From Candidatus Nanohaloarchaea archaeon (GTDB lineage: Archaea; Nanohalarchaeota; Nanosalinia; Nanosalinales; Nanosalinaceae): a stretch of 39,181 bases of DNA. Shown here in pieces: positions 7,663 through 17,121 of this stretch. The notes under the pieces were generated by a model. That model saw only the letters and a program-made list of their open reading frames with translations, did not search any database and was not told where the DNA came from. The stretch spans positions 1 to 39,181 of the forward strand of contig JBEQAY010000006.1 of assembly GCA_041640075.1 (NCBI GenBank), read 5' to 3'. Position 1 is the stretch's first letter, and the number at the start of each line of letters is the position of its first letter. A program made the position numbers and the translations under genes.

Positions 7663-8661
7663 TCAGTGATCCCCTCTAGCCAGGTTAAAGATCCTGTTAC
7701 CGGGTTTAACACTGTCGCGCATGTCTTCAGTCAGGACTGTTTCCAGAACACCGTCATCAGATGCTTTGAAGCTGAAATCGCCTTCATCCGTCTCAAGAAC
7801 AGCCACTTCATCTCCTTCCTCCACTGCATCACCTAGGTCAAAGTTGTATCTTATCTCTCCCTCAGGCATATCCATAGAGGTATGCCTCTTCTTTAGTTTG
7901 TTGAACTCTCTGCCCGTGAAGTTTGAAGCTTCACCGGCGACAGTGTAGTCAAGTATGTTTTCTATGATCTCTCTGTAGCTGTCAGCGTAGTCATCACTGA
8001 ATGAGTGCGTCCAGCCGTTTTCGACACCGCCACCGACCTCGATGGTGAGAGCAGGAACACCTTTCTTCGGCATCACAGCACCTAGGACCTCTGAGTTACT
8101 GTGATCTCCTTCCGATGCGATGAAGTCGACACCGGAGTTCTCCACCAGGTCACGCATCTCGGATCTCTCTACAGGGAAACTTTCCGAGTGCTTGTACCGT
8201 GTCTGCGGCATCTTGACCGTCCCAGACGTACCTGTATGCATATCCAGGACCAGATCAGGATCAAGGTCATCAAGATAGCTCAGGACGTGAAAAGCAGCCT
8301 GCTGCGTAAGGTTAAGATTAGTCATATCAGGATTCTCCGACTCTAACTCCTGTAAAGCCGTGTTGTAGCACCTGTTCAGGTCTTTCTGGTCGGCACTGTT
8401 CGGCTGGTAGCTGCGAGGAGTTTTCCTCCGCACGTGTTCGGATGCGAACACGTTCGCTTCCGGAACAAAGCTCAGGTTAAGATCATCGTAGCTATCGATG
8501 AATTCTTCATCCAGAAGCTCCTCGAAAACCTGTCGAGGACCTTTCTCATCACCATGATTCTGGCAGACCACTGCAACGGTGTAATCTCCGTCTCCAATCT
8601 CGTAGGCAATTGATTCAAGGCCGTTCGCCTCGTAAATTATTTTTTCCTCAGCGTCCGCCAT
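7663..8661 (-). CDS. Succinylglutamate desuccinylase/aspartoacylase-family (M14) Zn peptidase with a C-terminal barrel-sandwich-like domain
   Basis: HGDE Zn motif, DLNR, LDMH, TIEVGG; C-terminal 'LGDAVEEGD...ASDDGV'. Confidence 0.85.
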   Translation of the reverse strand: MADAEEKIIYEANGLESIAYEIGDGDYTVAVVCQNHGDEKGPRQVFEELLDEEFIDSYDDLNLSFVPEANVFASEHVRRKTPRSYQPNSADQKDLNRCYNTALQELESENPDMTNLNLTQQAAFHVLSYLDDLDPDLVLDMHTGTSGTVKMPQTRYKHSESFPVERSEMRDLVENSGVDFIASEGDHSNSEVLGAVMPKKGVPALTIEVGGGVENGWTHSFSDDYADSYREIIENILDYTVAGEASNFTGREFNKLKKRHTSMDMPEGEIRYNFDLGDAVEEGDEVAVLETDEGDFSFKASDDGVLETVLTEDMRDSVKPGNRIFNLARGDH

Positions 8662-8847
8662 GAAGAAAAACCTCTCTAAGTTGTGATTGAATAGTCACAA
8701 ATTTAAGTGTGTTGTATTTTCTCTGGAGAAATTCTGCGAAGGAGATATGAGATAGAATATCTAAAACATTGTTAATTTCTCCTCCATATAAGCTTTCGGA
8801 TGCGTTTAAAACCGGCTATGAGCAAAACTCTGAGAGGGGAGGAAAAC

Positions 8848-9201
8848 ATGGCTTCAACAGCTAACACGGCCTCGGAGACTTCTGAAACAACAGGAAAATC
8901 ACGTCAAACTCATGAAGGTATTGAATCGGAGTCAGGTATCTTAGAAAGGAACTGGAAGCCTGGAATGGATTACAGCCGGAAAGAGGAAAGATGGCTTGCA
9001 GACGACGCCAGCGAACTCTACATCGAAGATGTTCAGGACTGGATGGAAACAGACGCAGACTACCGCGTAAAGTACCGCGAAGGAAGGTTCGGGCCTTCAG
9101 ACGAACTGAAGTATGGAGAGTTCGACGAACTTGGAGAAGCACTGGAATACGCAGAATTAATCCTGCAGGGAGAAGCTGAACTGGAGAAACTCCGGACCTG
9201 A
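8848..9201 (+). CDS. Hypothetical acidic protein
   Basis: Start set at MASTANT after a GGAGG SD; acidic composition like the other genes; no motif recognised. Confidence 0.7.
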   Translation: MASTANTASETSETTGKSRQTHEGIESESGILERNWKPGMDYSRKEERWLADDASELYIEDVQDWMETDADYRVKYREGRFGPSDELKYGEFDELGEALEYAELILQGEAELEKLRT

Positions 9202-9253
9202 TTACCACAGGCTTACCAATCAGTTTTTCAGGAATACACCACAAATAAGGGAT

Positions 9254-9616
9254 ATGTCTGAAGAACTGAACAGTGAGGAGAGGGAAGTAATAGAACAGTG
9301 TGGAACAGAGCCACCTTTCTCCTCGGAACTTCTGGATATAGAGGAGGACGGGGTCTTCAAATGCAAGAAATGCGGACAGGAACTCTTCGACTCGGAGACA
9401 AAGTACGAATCAGGTACAGGATGGCCAAGCTTCTGGCAGCCCAAAGACAACGACGCCGTAGACAGACAGCAGGACGGCCGTAGAACAGAAGTAATCTGCT
9501 CGAACTGCGGAGCACACCTCGGCCACGTCTTCAACGACGGACCAGAACCCACAGGAAAAAGATACTGCATCAACGGTATAGCACTCGAATTCGAGACCTC
9601 TGGTGGTAAAGAGTGA
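9254..9616 (+). CDS. msrB: Peptide-methionine (R)-S-oxide reductase
   Basis: GTEPPF, two CxxC, GWPSF, HLGHVF.DGP, RYCIN. Confidence 0.96.
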   Translation: MSEELNSEEREVIEQCGTEPPFSSELLDIEEDGVFKCKKCGQELFDSETKYESGTGWPSFWQPKDNDAVDRQQDGRRTEVICSNCGAHLGHVFNDGPEPTGKRYCINGIALEFETSGGKE

Positions 9617-10227
9617 CTGAACCACAGGTTGTTTTTATTGATGGAGGGAATACCTTTGAGAACAGAGAAGAGTATCTAGATTTTCTCAGGGATCGAAGTG
9701 TTTCAACAGGGAAGAGCCAGGTGTGGAACAAGACTGATTATCTTGAAGAAAAGTTAGATTATGAAGTTGTCAGGTTAGATATGCCGTGCAGGGAAAACGC
9801 AAGGTATGAGGAATGGGAGATTACTTTTGAGAAATATCTGCCGTTAATTTCAGATGAATTGATCCTGGTAGGGCTCTCTCTGGGAGCCACGTTCCTGGCC
9901 AAGTATCTTTCAGGGAACAGGATTTCAAAGGATGTAAAAGAGACGTATCTGATAGCTGCACCCTTCGACGACGATCTGTTTAATGAAAAATTGACTAATG
10001 GCTTCCAGGTCGGAGAAGATCTTTCACTGCTTGAAGAGAACACGCAAAAACTCGAGGTGATGTTTGCCAGGGACGACGATGTTGTTCCAGTGAGACACGC
10101 CGACAAATACAGAGAAAAACTCTCAGATCCAAAGATAACAGTCTACGAAGACAGGCAAGGTCACTTCCAGATGGAACATTTCCCTGAACTGGTAGAGAAG
10201 ATAAATAGTCCAAGTGAAGAAAAATGA
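9613..10227 (+). CDS. Alpha/beta hydrolase, RBBP9/YdeN-like
   Basis: GLSLG nucleophile elbow, DDVVP, GHF. GTGA overlap with msrB. Confidence 0.85.
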   Translation: MTEPQVVFIDGGNTFENREEYLDFLRDRSVSTGKSQVWNKTDYLEEKLDYEVVRLDMPCRENARYEEWEITFEKYLPLISDELILVGLSLGATFLAKYLSGNRISKDVKETYLIAAPFDDDLFNEKLTNGFQVGEDLSLLEENTQKLEVMFARDDDVVPVRHADKYREKLSDPKITVYEDRQGHFQMEHFPELVEKINSPSEEK

Positions 10228-10817
10228 CAGAAGAGGCTTCACAGTTTTACTCGAGAGGAGCAGAAAGGTTTGCGGAGAACTATTCTCTGGAAAATATCGC
10301 AGAAAATTATCTGGAACTTTTAGAGGACTTTTCTGAAAGAATTGAAGGTGAAAAAGTTCTTGATGCAGGATGTGGGCCTGGAAGAGACTCAAAACTTCTC
10401 TCCAATAAAGGTTTCGAGGTTAACGGGATCGATCTCTCTGAGGAGATGATTGAGATAGCTAAGGAAAAAGAGGGAGACTTCAACGTCATGGATGTCCGTA
10501 ACCTGGATTTTGAAGATGAAGTTTTCAATGGAGTACTGGCTAACCAGCTGCTGGTATTCTTTAATAGCGAAGAACGGGAGAAAGCCTTCGGAGAGTTGAG
10601 CAGAGTTCTGAAAACTGGCGGAGTAATTTTCCTGGGGTTGAAAGAGGGAGAAGGAGCATTTACTCGTGAGAAATATGGATCATCTGTAACCCAGTATCCG
10701 ATGAAGGAAAGAGAGGCCAGAAAATTAATGTCCGGTTTCAGTATTCACAGAGTCGATAAAACGGAAAGAGAAGGAGACCAGCCAGGATTCATGAACTTCA
10801 TCGCAACGAAAAAATAA
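10224..10817 (+). CDS. Class I SAM-dependent methyltransferase
   Basis: VLDAGCGPG, GIDLS, RVLKTGG. ATGA overlap with the hydrolase. Confidence 0.9.
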   Translation: MTEEASQFYSRGAERFAENYSLENIAENYLELLEDFSERIEGEKVLDAGCGPGRDSKLLSNKGFEVNGIDLSEEMIEIAKEKEGDFNVMDVRNLDFEDEVFNGVLANQLLVFFNSEEREKAFGELSRVLKTGGVIFLGLKEGEGAFTREKYGSSVTQYPMKEREARKLMSGFSIHRVDKTEREGDQPGFMNFIATKK

Positions 10818-10870
10818 CTTCAACAGAACGTTTCCAAAGATTCTTGGAGCTGACGGTACAAAAAGAGTTT

Positions 10871-11377
10871 ATGAAACAGATAATTCTCGGTGGCGGATGC
10901 TTCTGGTGCACAGAAGCCGCCTACAAAAACCTGGAAGGAGTCGAAAAAGTAACCTCTGGTTACGCCGGCGGCCACACAGAAAACCCGAGCTATCGGGAAG
11001 TCTGCTCCGGAAAGACAGGTCACGCAGAAGTCATAAAAATAGAGTACAAAGAGGAAAAAATTTCTTTTAAAGAAATCCTGGAATTCTTCTTCAGGATTCA
11101 TGACCCGACAACTGAGGACCGGCAGGGACCGGATGTAGGAAGCCAGTACAGGTCGATAATCCTCTATGAAAACCCGAAGCAGAGGGAAACTGCGGAAAAA
11201 TTTCTCAGGGAAAAACAGAGTGAATACGAGGACGAGATAGTCACGGAACTGAACAGGTTGGAAAAATTCTACGAAGCGGAGGAAAAACATCAGGACTACT
11301 TCGAGAAAAATCCCTCGGACGCGTACTGCACTATGCACGCACAGCCGAAAGTGGATAAAGCGAAGAATTTTGACTAA
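10871..11377 (+). CDS. msrA: Peptide-methionine (S)-S-oxide reductase
   Basis: GGGCFWC, GYAGG, GHAEV, HDPT, QYRS, HQDY. ATG start at 10871. Confidence 0.96.
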   Translation: MKQIILGGGCFWCTEAAYKNLEGVEKVTSGYAGGHTENPSYREVCSGKTGHAEVIKIEYKEEKISFKEILEFFFRIHDPTTEDRQGPDVGSQYRSIILYENPKQRETAEKFLREKQSEYEDEIVTELNRLEKFYEAEEKHQDYFEKNPSDAYCTMHAQPKVDKAKNFD

Positions 11378-11383
11378 GAATTT

Positions 11384-12022
11384 TCATCTACTGGAGTATC
11401 TGTCAGTTAAACCCGGATCAAGGTCTCTGGCGACCTGCCGCAGACTGTATTCATCAGCTGATACAGGGGCCTGCTCCATTCCACGCAGAAGAGCATCAGC
11501 CATCTCGCCGCCAGCACTTGACTCATCAGCCTTCACAGTACCTCCTTCGGTAGTATCAACGTAAACCATCTCATCATCCAGGAAACCGAAGTTTTGAGGC
11601 TTGAAATCCAGGTAGACGCCTTGATCCGCGGCGTACTCACCGATCGCCCGGAACTCACCAACCCTGCTGTTGAACTCATCCCAGAAACCAGGATCCTGAG
11701 AACCCAAAGCCTTCACATGCTGCACAACACCATATTCTTCACCATCAACCTCCTCCGCCCAGTAAACACCGGAAGGAAAAGAAATACCGTACTCGGAAAG
11801 AACCAGGTGATTGCTCTCAACAACATTCGCGTTCACACCTTCAGGAAAAACCTTGGTAACAGCATCGTCCTCAACAAAAGCAGGAACATCATGACGCGTA
11901 GAAAGCTCATTGACATCACTCCCATACTCTGGAGCCTCCATCAAACGCTCCAGCTCGCCATCAACATCTTCAACACGTCCAAAAAAATCCTGATCCGGAG
12001 CCTCCTCAAGTTCATCAATCAT
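11384..12022 (-). CDS. Divergent protein-kinase-like fold protein
   Basis: 'VTKVF' (possible ATP-binding Lys), 'YLDFKPQNF' (DxKxxN catalytic loop), 'YVDT' (position of the DFG Asp). Confidence 0.55.
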   Translation of the reverse strand: MIDELEEAPDQDFFGRVEDVDGELERLMEAPEYGSDVNELSTRHDVPAFVEDDAVTKVFPEGVNANVVESNHLVLSEYGISFPSGVYWAEEVDGEEYGVVQHVKALGSQDPGFWDEFNSRVGEFRAIGEYAADQGVYLDFKPQNFGFLDDEMVYVDTTEGGTVKADESSAGGEMADALLRGMEQAPVSADEYSLRQVARDLDPGLTDRYSSR

Positions 12023-12149
12023 CTGTTGTTATCCAAAGGTTGCATGAACTATTTGTAAGTTTTCCTGTTGAGGAGAAGAACTGTAACTACAATTTTTTGG
12101 AAAAAGCTGCTTTTTGCGGCTTCTTGCGTGTCAACTCAGCGTAACGAGT

Positions 12150-12223
12150 TGGGCCAGACGGGATTTGAACCCGCGACCTCTTGGTTAAGAGCCAAGCGCT
12201 CTGCCAGACTGAGCTACCGGCCC
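12150..12223 (-). tRNA. tRNA-Lys (CTT)
   Basis: Acceptor GGGCCGG/CTGGCCC, anticodon arm CTTGG-CTCTTAA-CCAAG, T-loop TTCAAAT. Confidence 0.95.
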
Positions 12224-12311
12224 AGATTTTTCAGAAAAGAAGTTTCTGATCTGTCTGGAGTTCTTGTAAAGTAGAAGTGGAAAAGAAAGTTTTTTGACTA
12301 TTGCAGTACCT

Positions 12312-12866
12312 TTAGTCCAGTAGCTCTGTTTTTCTGACTTCGAGCTGTCTGAATGGGTAGATCTGGTCTGCTTCGTCTCTGATTTCTTCCTGGAGGTTGT
12401 CCATGAAGATGTTCTCCATGATTTCCTCGTAGCTCTGTTCTTCTCCTTTCTCTTCAAGGATTTCCTGAATCTTGTTTCTGACTGCTGAGAGCTTTTTGGA
12501 GCTTGTTCTTCTGAGTGTTGCGCCGACGAACTTGATTCTGACTGTTCTGTCGTCTGCTGTTTCCAGGTCGTAGACGTAGTCGAATCGGTCGCTTCCTTCT
12601 CTGATCATTCTTGAGACGAATTCTGAGGAGCATTCCATTTCGTCGATCTCTGTGAATGCCTTGTTTCCTTCGACGTCTGTCACCTTGAGTGAGACGTCTG
12701 CGTAGTATTTATCTGCGTTATCAAGTAAGTCGTTCAGTCCTTCTTTAACAGTTCTGCCGATTACCTGTGATTCCTTCTCTGCAGGTGTCTCAGTCACCGT
12801 ATCTTCGTCGAAAATGCTTGGTGCCTGAACCTCGTACCAGTTTTTCTGCAATACAGCCTTAGCCAT
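12312..12866 (-). CDS. rps3ae: 30S ribosomal protein S3Ae (eS1)
   Basis: K.WYEV.AP..F, IGRTV, IYPFRQLEVRK. Confidence 0.95.
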   Translation of the reverse strand: MAKAVLQKNWYEVQAPSIFDEDTVTETPAEKESQVIGRTVKEGLNDLLDNADKYYADVSLKVTDVEGNKAFTEIDEMECSSEFVSRMIREGSDRFDYVYDLETADDRTVRIKFVGATLRRTSSKKLSAVRNKIQEILEEKGEEQSYEEIMENIFMDNLQEEIRDEADQIYPFRQLEVRKTELLD

Positions 12867-12922
12867 ATTCTACCCAGTCATGTCAAATTTTATAAACAGT
12901 ATGTAGTTAATGAGATTTCTGT

Positions 12923-13420
12923 CTAAATCTTGTTCTTGTCTTCCGCAAGAAGCTCAGCTGAGTTCTTTTCAATCGTATCGCTTCTTTCCAAGTCAAGTTC
13001 CTCCAGTACTTTATCGAGCGTTTCAACTGAAGGAGATTCTATCTTGATATACTTTCCAAAGTCAAACTTTTCTACAAGTACGTTAATCTTCTCTTTTCCT
13101 ATTTTGAGTTCGTATTCTACTGCAAAAGACTTGAACTCTCCCCATCTCTCGTAATTCTCAAGATTGTCTACTTTCTCTTTGGTATCTGTGTAACCGAGAG
13201 GTTCCTGTATGATATTTATCTTGACCTGAGTTTCTCTATCCGGGAACTTTCTTTTCCTCAATATTACTTCTCTTGGACTGAAATCCGACAGTTTAATATC
13301 TTCAGGTTTGAAGAACTCATCCTTTATTTCTGATAGTTCCTGCCTGTTCTCCGCTTTTGATTCAATCTTTTGCTCCAGGCTGGAGGAATAAGCTGTTCTG
13401 ACAACGAAATCCTTATCCAT
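12923..13420 (-). CDS. CYTH-like (class IV adenylate cyclase/triphosphate tunnel) protein, degenerate
   Basis: 'KDEFF', 'ILRKR', 'GKYIKIE' and C-terminal 'SAELL' follow the CYTH layout; the ExExK motif is absent. Confidence 0.5.
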   Translation of the reverse strand: MDKDFVVRTAYSSSLEQKIESKAENRQELSEIKDEFFKPEDIKLSDFSPREVILRKRKFPDRETQVKINIIQEPLGYTDTKEKVDNLENYERWGEFKSFAVEYELKIGKEKINVLVEKFDFGKYIKIESPSVETLDKVLEELDLERSDTIEKNSAELLAEDKNKI

Positions 13421-13528
13421 CTAATAACAGAATATACGACCAGCATATTGAATTAGTTAACGGCTACAAACTTTCGGGCTATGTTGTGAGCAAACAGTTA
13501 TAAAATTGTTGCATTAACTTTTGAGTTT

Positions 13529-14656
13529 ATGACTGATTATCCTTCTGTGGAGGATTGGAAGCAGGAGTTTTCTCCGCTCTTGACGGATGATGTATCTGAG
13601 GCAATTTCCGAGGATTCGAGCTGGAGTCCTTCTCAGACAGGTATGGGTAGACTGCATGAGATGGAGATTGTCGAGAAGTTACAGGATCTCTCCAGTTCTG
13701 AAAGGGTTATAGAGGTCGGAAGTAGTGAGGGCTTGACCACTCTCGAACTTTCAATGATCTTGCCTGACTCGGATATAACAGGTTTGGATATAGATCAGAG
13801 AGCAGTGGATCGGGCTGTCCAGAACAGGCAGGCGCTGGAGAGTTACCAAGATTTTCTTTCAGGGCTTGAATCAGCTGACTCAGTCGACGAGGCAATTTCG
13901 AGTTGTAAACAGGATGATCTAGGTCTTGACGTGGATCTGTCTAACTATTTCAGTGGTTCTGCTGATAGATATTCTTTCAGAAGCATTGCCAGTGAGTGGG
14001 CGGTTCCAGAGCCTGTGGAGTACGTTTCCAGGCAGATCGCGAGAGCTGATGACTGGGAATCTGCTCTCAACGATTACGTTGCTAGACTGGATGGCACCGG
14101 TGATGTTGGGTTCCAGAACCTTGGTGCGCTTCAGGTTGCGGATGCCGAAGGAGATTACGATCTAGTTTTCGCACCAAACTCTATCGGAACCCTGGCTAAT
14201 ACTGCAGTTTTTTCCACTTTAGGAAGGATGAAGAGGGAGGAGTCTGATCTTTACAATCAGGTAGTTGATGAGACCGATGACCTTTCCGAATTTATATCTG
14301 ACAGTTCAGGTAAGTCCACTCAGGCAGCTGAAGAACTGTTCATGGAGCAATTTCTGGATCAGGTGGCTGATGCTACTGCGATGGACGGAGATCTGGTTAT
14401 TGCGGACGGAAGGCAGTATATTCACATGGTTCAGGATGATGGATGGAGAGCGGTCGAGGGCAGAGGAGCAGTAAGTGAGAGAAAGCAAGGTATGTGCAAG
14501 ACCTATCAGGAAAAAAGAGCGGAAGAACTCTATGAGACATGGTTAGGCCTGGAAAAAGTGGATACTGAAGGCTACACAGAGAAAATGATAAACAGGAGTG
14601 GAGAGTTAGAACACCTTTACCAGATAGTAGACGGCGAAAAGATAGAGCTAAGCTAG
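13529..14656 (+). CDS. Class I SAM methyltransferase-like protein with large insertions
   Basis: VIEVGSSEG, ITGLDID...AVDRA; later 'YDLVFA' and 'GDLVIAD'. Confidence 0.7.
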   Translation: MTDYPSVEDWKQEFSPLLTDDVSEAISEDSSWSPSQTGMGRLHEMEIVEKLQDLSSSERVIEVGSSEGLTTLELSMILPDSDITGLDIDQRAVDRAVQNRQALESYQDFLSGLESADSVDEAISSCKQDDLGLDVDLSNYFSGSADRYSFRSIASEWAVPEPVEYVSRQIARADDWESALNDYVARLDGTGDVGFQNLGALQVADAEGDYDLVFAPNSIGTLANTAVFSTLGRMKREESDLYNQVVDETDDLSEFISDSSGKSTQAAEELFMEQFLDQVADATAMDGDLVIADGRQYIHMVQDDGWRAVEGRGAVSERKQGMCKTYQEKRAEELYETWLGLEKVDTEGYTEKMINRSGELEHLYQIVDGEKIELS

Positions 14657-16030
14657 TTCCTCTGAGATCACTGAGTTCAGTTGTTCTATGAAGTCCTGCT
14701 TGTTCTCCTGTGGAATTTTTGCTCCTGCTGCGATGTTGTGGCCTCCACCTTCTCCCTCCAGGTCTTCACAGATCTCGCCGATGATGTCGCCAAGGTTCAA
14801 TCCAGCCTCCACAACCTCTTTTGTGGCGCGTGAAGAGACTTTCACCTTATCCTTCTCTGCGTCTGCAACACCCATCACCACTGCTGAGTCGAAGAATCCG
14901 TTGCTCATGGTGATCGTGGTCACGGTTCCGATGAAGTCCTCGTCGATGCTGGAGTTCCCGTCGATCACCCCGATATCTTTCTCGTACACTACTTCTTCGT
15001 CGTCCTTGTTATTCTCAACATATCTAAGCGAAGAGGAAATTTTCCGACCGTACTTCCGTGAAATCTTTTCTGCAAGCTGTAAATCATTTTCAAGTAGGAT
15101 CTTGACTCCTTTCCTTGGTTCTCCAAGTCTACCACAAGCGTTGATTATCGTGGAGAACTCGTCGATTTCGTAGCCGTTCTCCAGTGTGTAGATATTGTTC
15201 AGTAGCTTCTGTACAGGGTAGCCACGTTTGATCATTGTGTTGATAAGTTTCTTCTCCTCTTCGGGATGCAGGTCGGCGAGTGTGCGGAAGTCTCCGTTTT
15301 CCCTGATCTCGATGCCTGCGGACTTCACCAGCTGAATCGCTCCGGATTCATCATTTGAAACACCATCTAGATGAGGGTCTGTGGTGTACATCAGGGATTT
15401 CTGCAGGGGTTTAGTGGTTCTTCCGTAGAGATCCAGTCCTTTCCTTCTTTCAACTATGTTTTTTTCGATGGCTTCGTCAGCAAGCTGCTGGTTGAGACCC
15501 ATGAACTCTCCTTCCTGTTTCTGGACGTCTCCGGTAGCTCCTACAAGTGCGTACTGCACCAGGTCCTGGTTATCCTCATCTATTGCCTTCCCGAGCAGGT
15601 ATGTCATGCCGGCTGCTGAGATGGCTTCTCCTCCGTCATGCCCGAGAAAGTGCGGGTTAAGGTGGATCATGTTTTCCAGTTCTCTTGATTCCTCTTCAGC
15701 GAGTTCTGGCTCGTGGTGGTCAGAAATTATGACTTCTTTATCCGTGTTTTCGATTATATGTTCTTTAACTAAATCTGACTGACCTGAACCGATGTCAACG
15801 AAAAGTAATAGTTCTTCATCTTCCTCTGCTAGCCTTTCCACGCCTTCTTCGTACAGCTGTTTTACAATTTCATATTCGAAGTCTTTTCCAAGCCTTTCAA
15901 GTATCTCATGTGCTATAGCTGTCGCGTTGATCCCATCGGCGTCGTACTGTCCGATTAAACGGATGTTTCCTTCAAAGTTTTCCAGTTTTTCTGCTGCAGG
16001 CTCAGCTGATTCAAGAATCTCGTCTACCAT
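14648..16030 (-). CDS. RecJ-like DHH/DHHA1 phosphoesterase (GAN/Cdc45-type)
   Basis: DADG, DIGS, DHH, GDVQ, NACGR, GGGH.IAAG. Conserved position between rps15 and rps3ae. Confidence 0.93.
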   Translation of the reverse strand: MVDEILESAEPAAEKLENFEGNIRLIGQYDADGINATAIAHEILERLGKDFEYEIVKQLYEEGVERLAEEDEELLLFVDIGSGQSDLVKEHIIENTDKEVIISDHHEPELAEEESRELENMIHLNPHFLGHDGGEAISAAGMTYLLGKAIDEDNQDLVQYALVGATGDVQKQEGEFMGLNQQLADEAIEKNIVERRKGLDLYGRTTKPLQKSLMYTTDPHLDGVSNDESGAIQLVKSAGIEIRENGDFRTLADLHPEEEKKLINTMIKRGYPVQKLLNNIYTLENGYEIDEFSTIINACGRLGEPRKGVKILLENDLQLAEKISRKYGRKISSSLRYVENNKDDEEVVYEKDIGVIDGNSSIDEDFIGTVTTITMSNGFFDSAVVMGVADAEKDKVKVSSRATKEVVEAGLNLGDIIGEICEDLEGEGGGHNIAAGAKIPQENKQDFIEQLNSVISEELA

Positions 16031-16059
16031 CCCTGTTCAAACTTTCTTGCAGGTTTCTT

Positions 16060-16521
16060 TTATGGGTTTTCCTTCAGGGCTTTGAGAGCGGTTCTGCGGA
16101 CGTTATCAGGCATCTCGAGTTCTCCTTTTTCGAGCTCCTCTTTCGAGAACCATTCCAGTCCCGAGTGCTCGTGGCTGTGGGAGGCCTCTCCTCTGGACTT
16201 GATTCTTGCCAGATACATCAGATCGTAGTGCAGATGTCCATCCCTGATCCTGTGGATGTTTGTGTGGAAAGGAACCGGGAGATCCTCTTCTTCGGAAAAA
16301 TCTTCAGGTTGTTCGCCGTCGATGAACTCTATCTCAAAGCCTGTCTCCTCCCGTACTTCACGCCTAGCAGCCTGGTCTGGTGTCTCATCTCCCTCTATAT
16401 GTCCACCGGGCTGTATCCACTGACCTAGTTTCTCGTGATCCATGAACAGGATTTTTCCGTCTCTGATAATGAAGGCGGAGGCGGTGTAGTCTACTTCAGC
16501 TTCTTCAGGTAGAAAGTTCAT
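16060..16521 (-). CDS. NUDIX hydrolase
   Basis: Nudix box GGHIEGDETPDQAARREVREETG. Confidence 0.95.
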   Translation of the reverse strand: MNFLPEEAEVDYTASAFIIRDGKILFMDHEKLGQWIQPGGHIEGDETPDQAARREVREETGFEIEFIDGEQPEDFSEEEDLPVPFHTNIHRIRDGHLHYDLMYLARIKSRGEASHSHEHSGLEWFSKEELEKGELEMPDNVRRTALKALKENP

Positions 16522-16572
16522 TATGAAAGGAAATTGGAAATGAAAAAGTTAGAAAACTTATTGACCGGGAAT

Positions 16573-17010
16573 TTATTCTCGTCTTTCGTATTCCCAGTCT
16601 TCGTCTATGTTGCCTTCTTCTCTGTGGTAGTCGGCAACTCGGCGGATCTTGGCCTCTGTAAGTTCAAGTCTTCTGCGGGCCTGTTCGTCTTCAGAGTTCT
16701 CTTCCAGGTGGTCCTGGATGTTTTCAGCCTTGTCTACAAGGTTCTGAAGATCTTCAGGGATGTCGAGAGCCATTCCTTCGTCTTCAAGAATTTCTGTGAT
16801 GCTCATGCCTGTAAGTTCCTTTACGCTCGGGATTCCGTACTGGTCCCGGAGCTTGAGCCCTATATGTGCAGGGTCGTCGCCATCCCTTCTGAGCTTCACG
16901 ACAAGGTCGATAACTTCTTCCTCGTCGTACTCTACCCAGTCAGGGGTTTTCTTTGTTACAGGGTTGTCAGAGCCTGATGATCCGCGTCCGTCAGAGTGCA
17001 TTCGTGTCAT
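16573..17010 (-). CDS. rps15: 30S ribosomal protein S15 (uS15)
   Basis: RMH..GRG.SGS..P, IG..LRDQYGIP, PEDL, EAKIRR. GGTGA SD. Confidence 0.96.
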   Translation of the reverse strand: MTRMHSDGRGSSGSDNPVTKKTPDWVEYDEEEVIDLVVKLRRDGDDPAHIGLKLRDQYGIPSVKELTGMSITEILEDEGMALDIPEDLQNLVDKAENIQDHLEENSEDEQARRRLELTEAKIRRVADYHREEGNIDEDWEYERRE

Positions 17011-17019
17011 TAATTTAGT

Positions 17020-17085
17020 TCACCGTTGTGCTGATCCAGGAGAGTCAATCAAGACTTGCCTGGTCTAATTACCCAAGAGCATCAA
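17020..17085 (-). promoter_or_regulatory. Candidate structured 5' leader of rps15
   Basis: CCAGG-CA-AGTC-TTGATT-GACT-CT-CCTGG hairpin (17036-17063) between the TATA box TTTAAAAG (about 17089-17096) and the SD. Confidence 0.5.
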
Positions 17086-17121
17086 ATTCTTTTAAATCGG
17101 TCCGGATAAACAACCGTTTAC

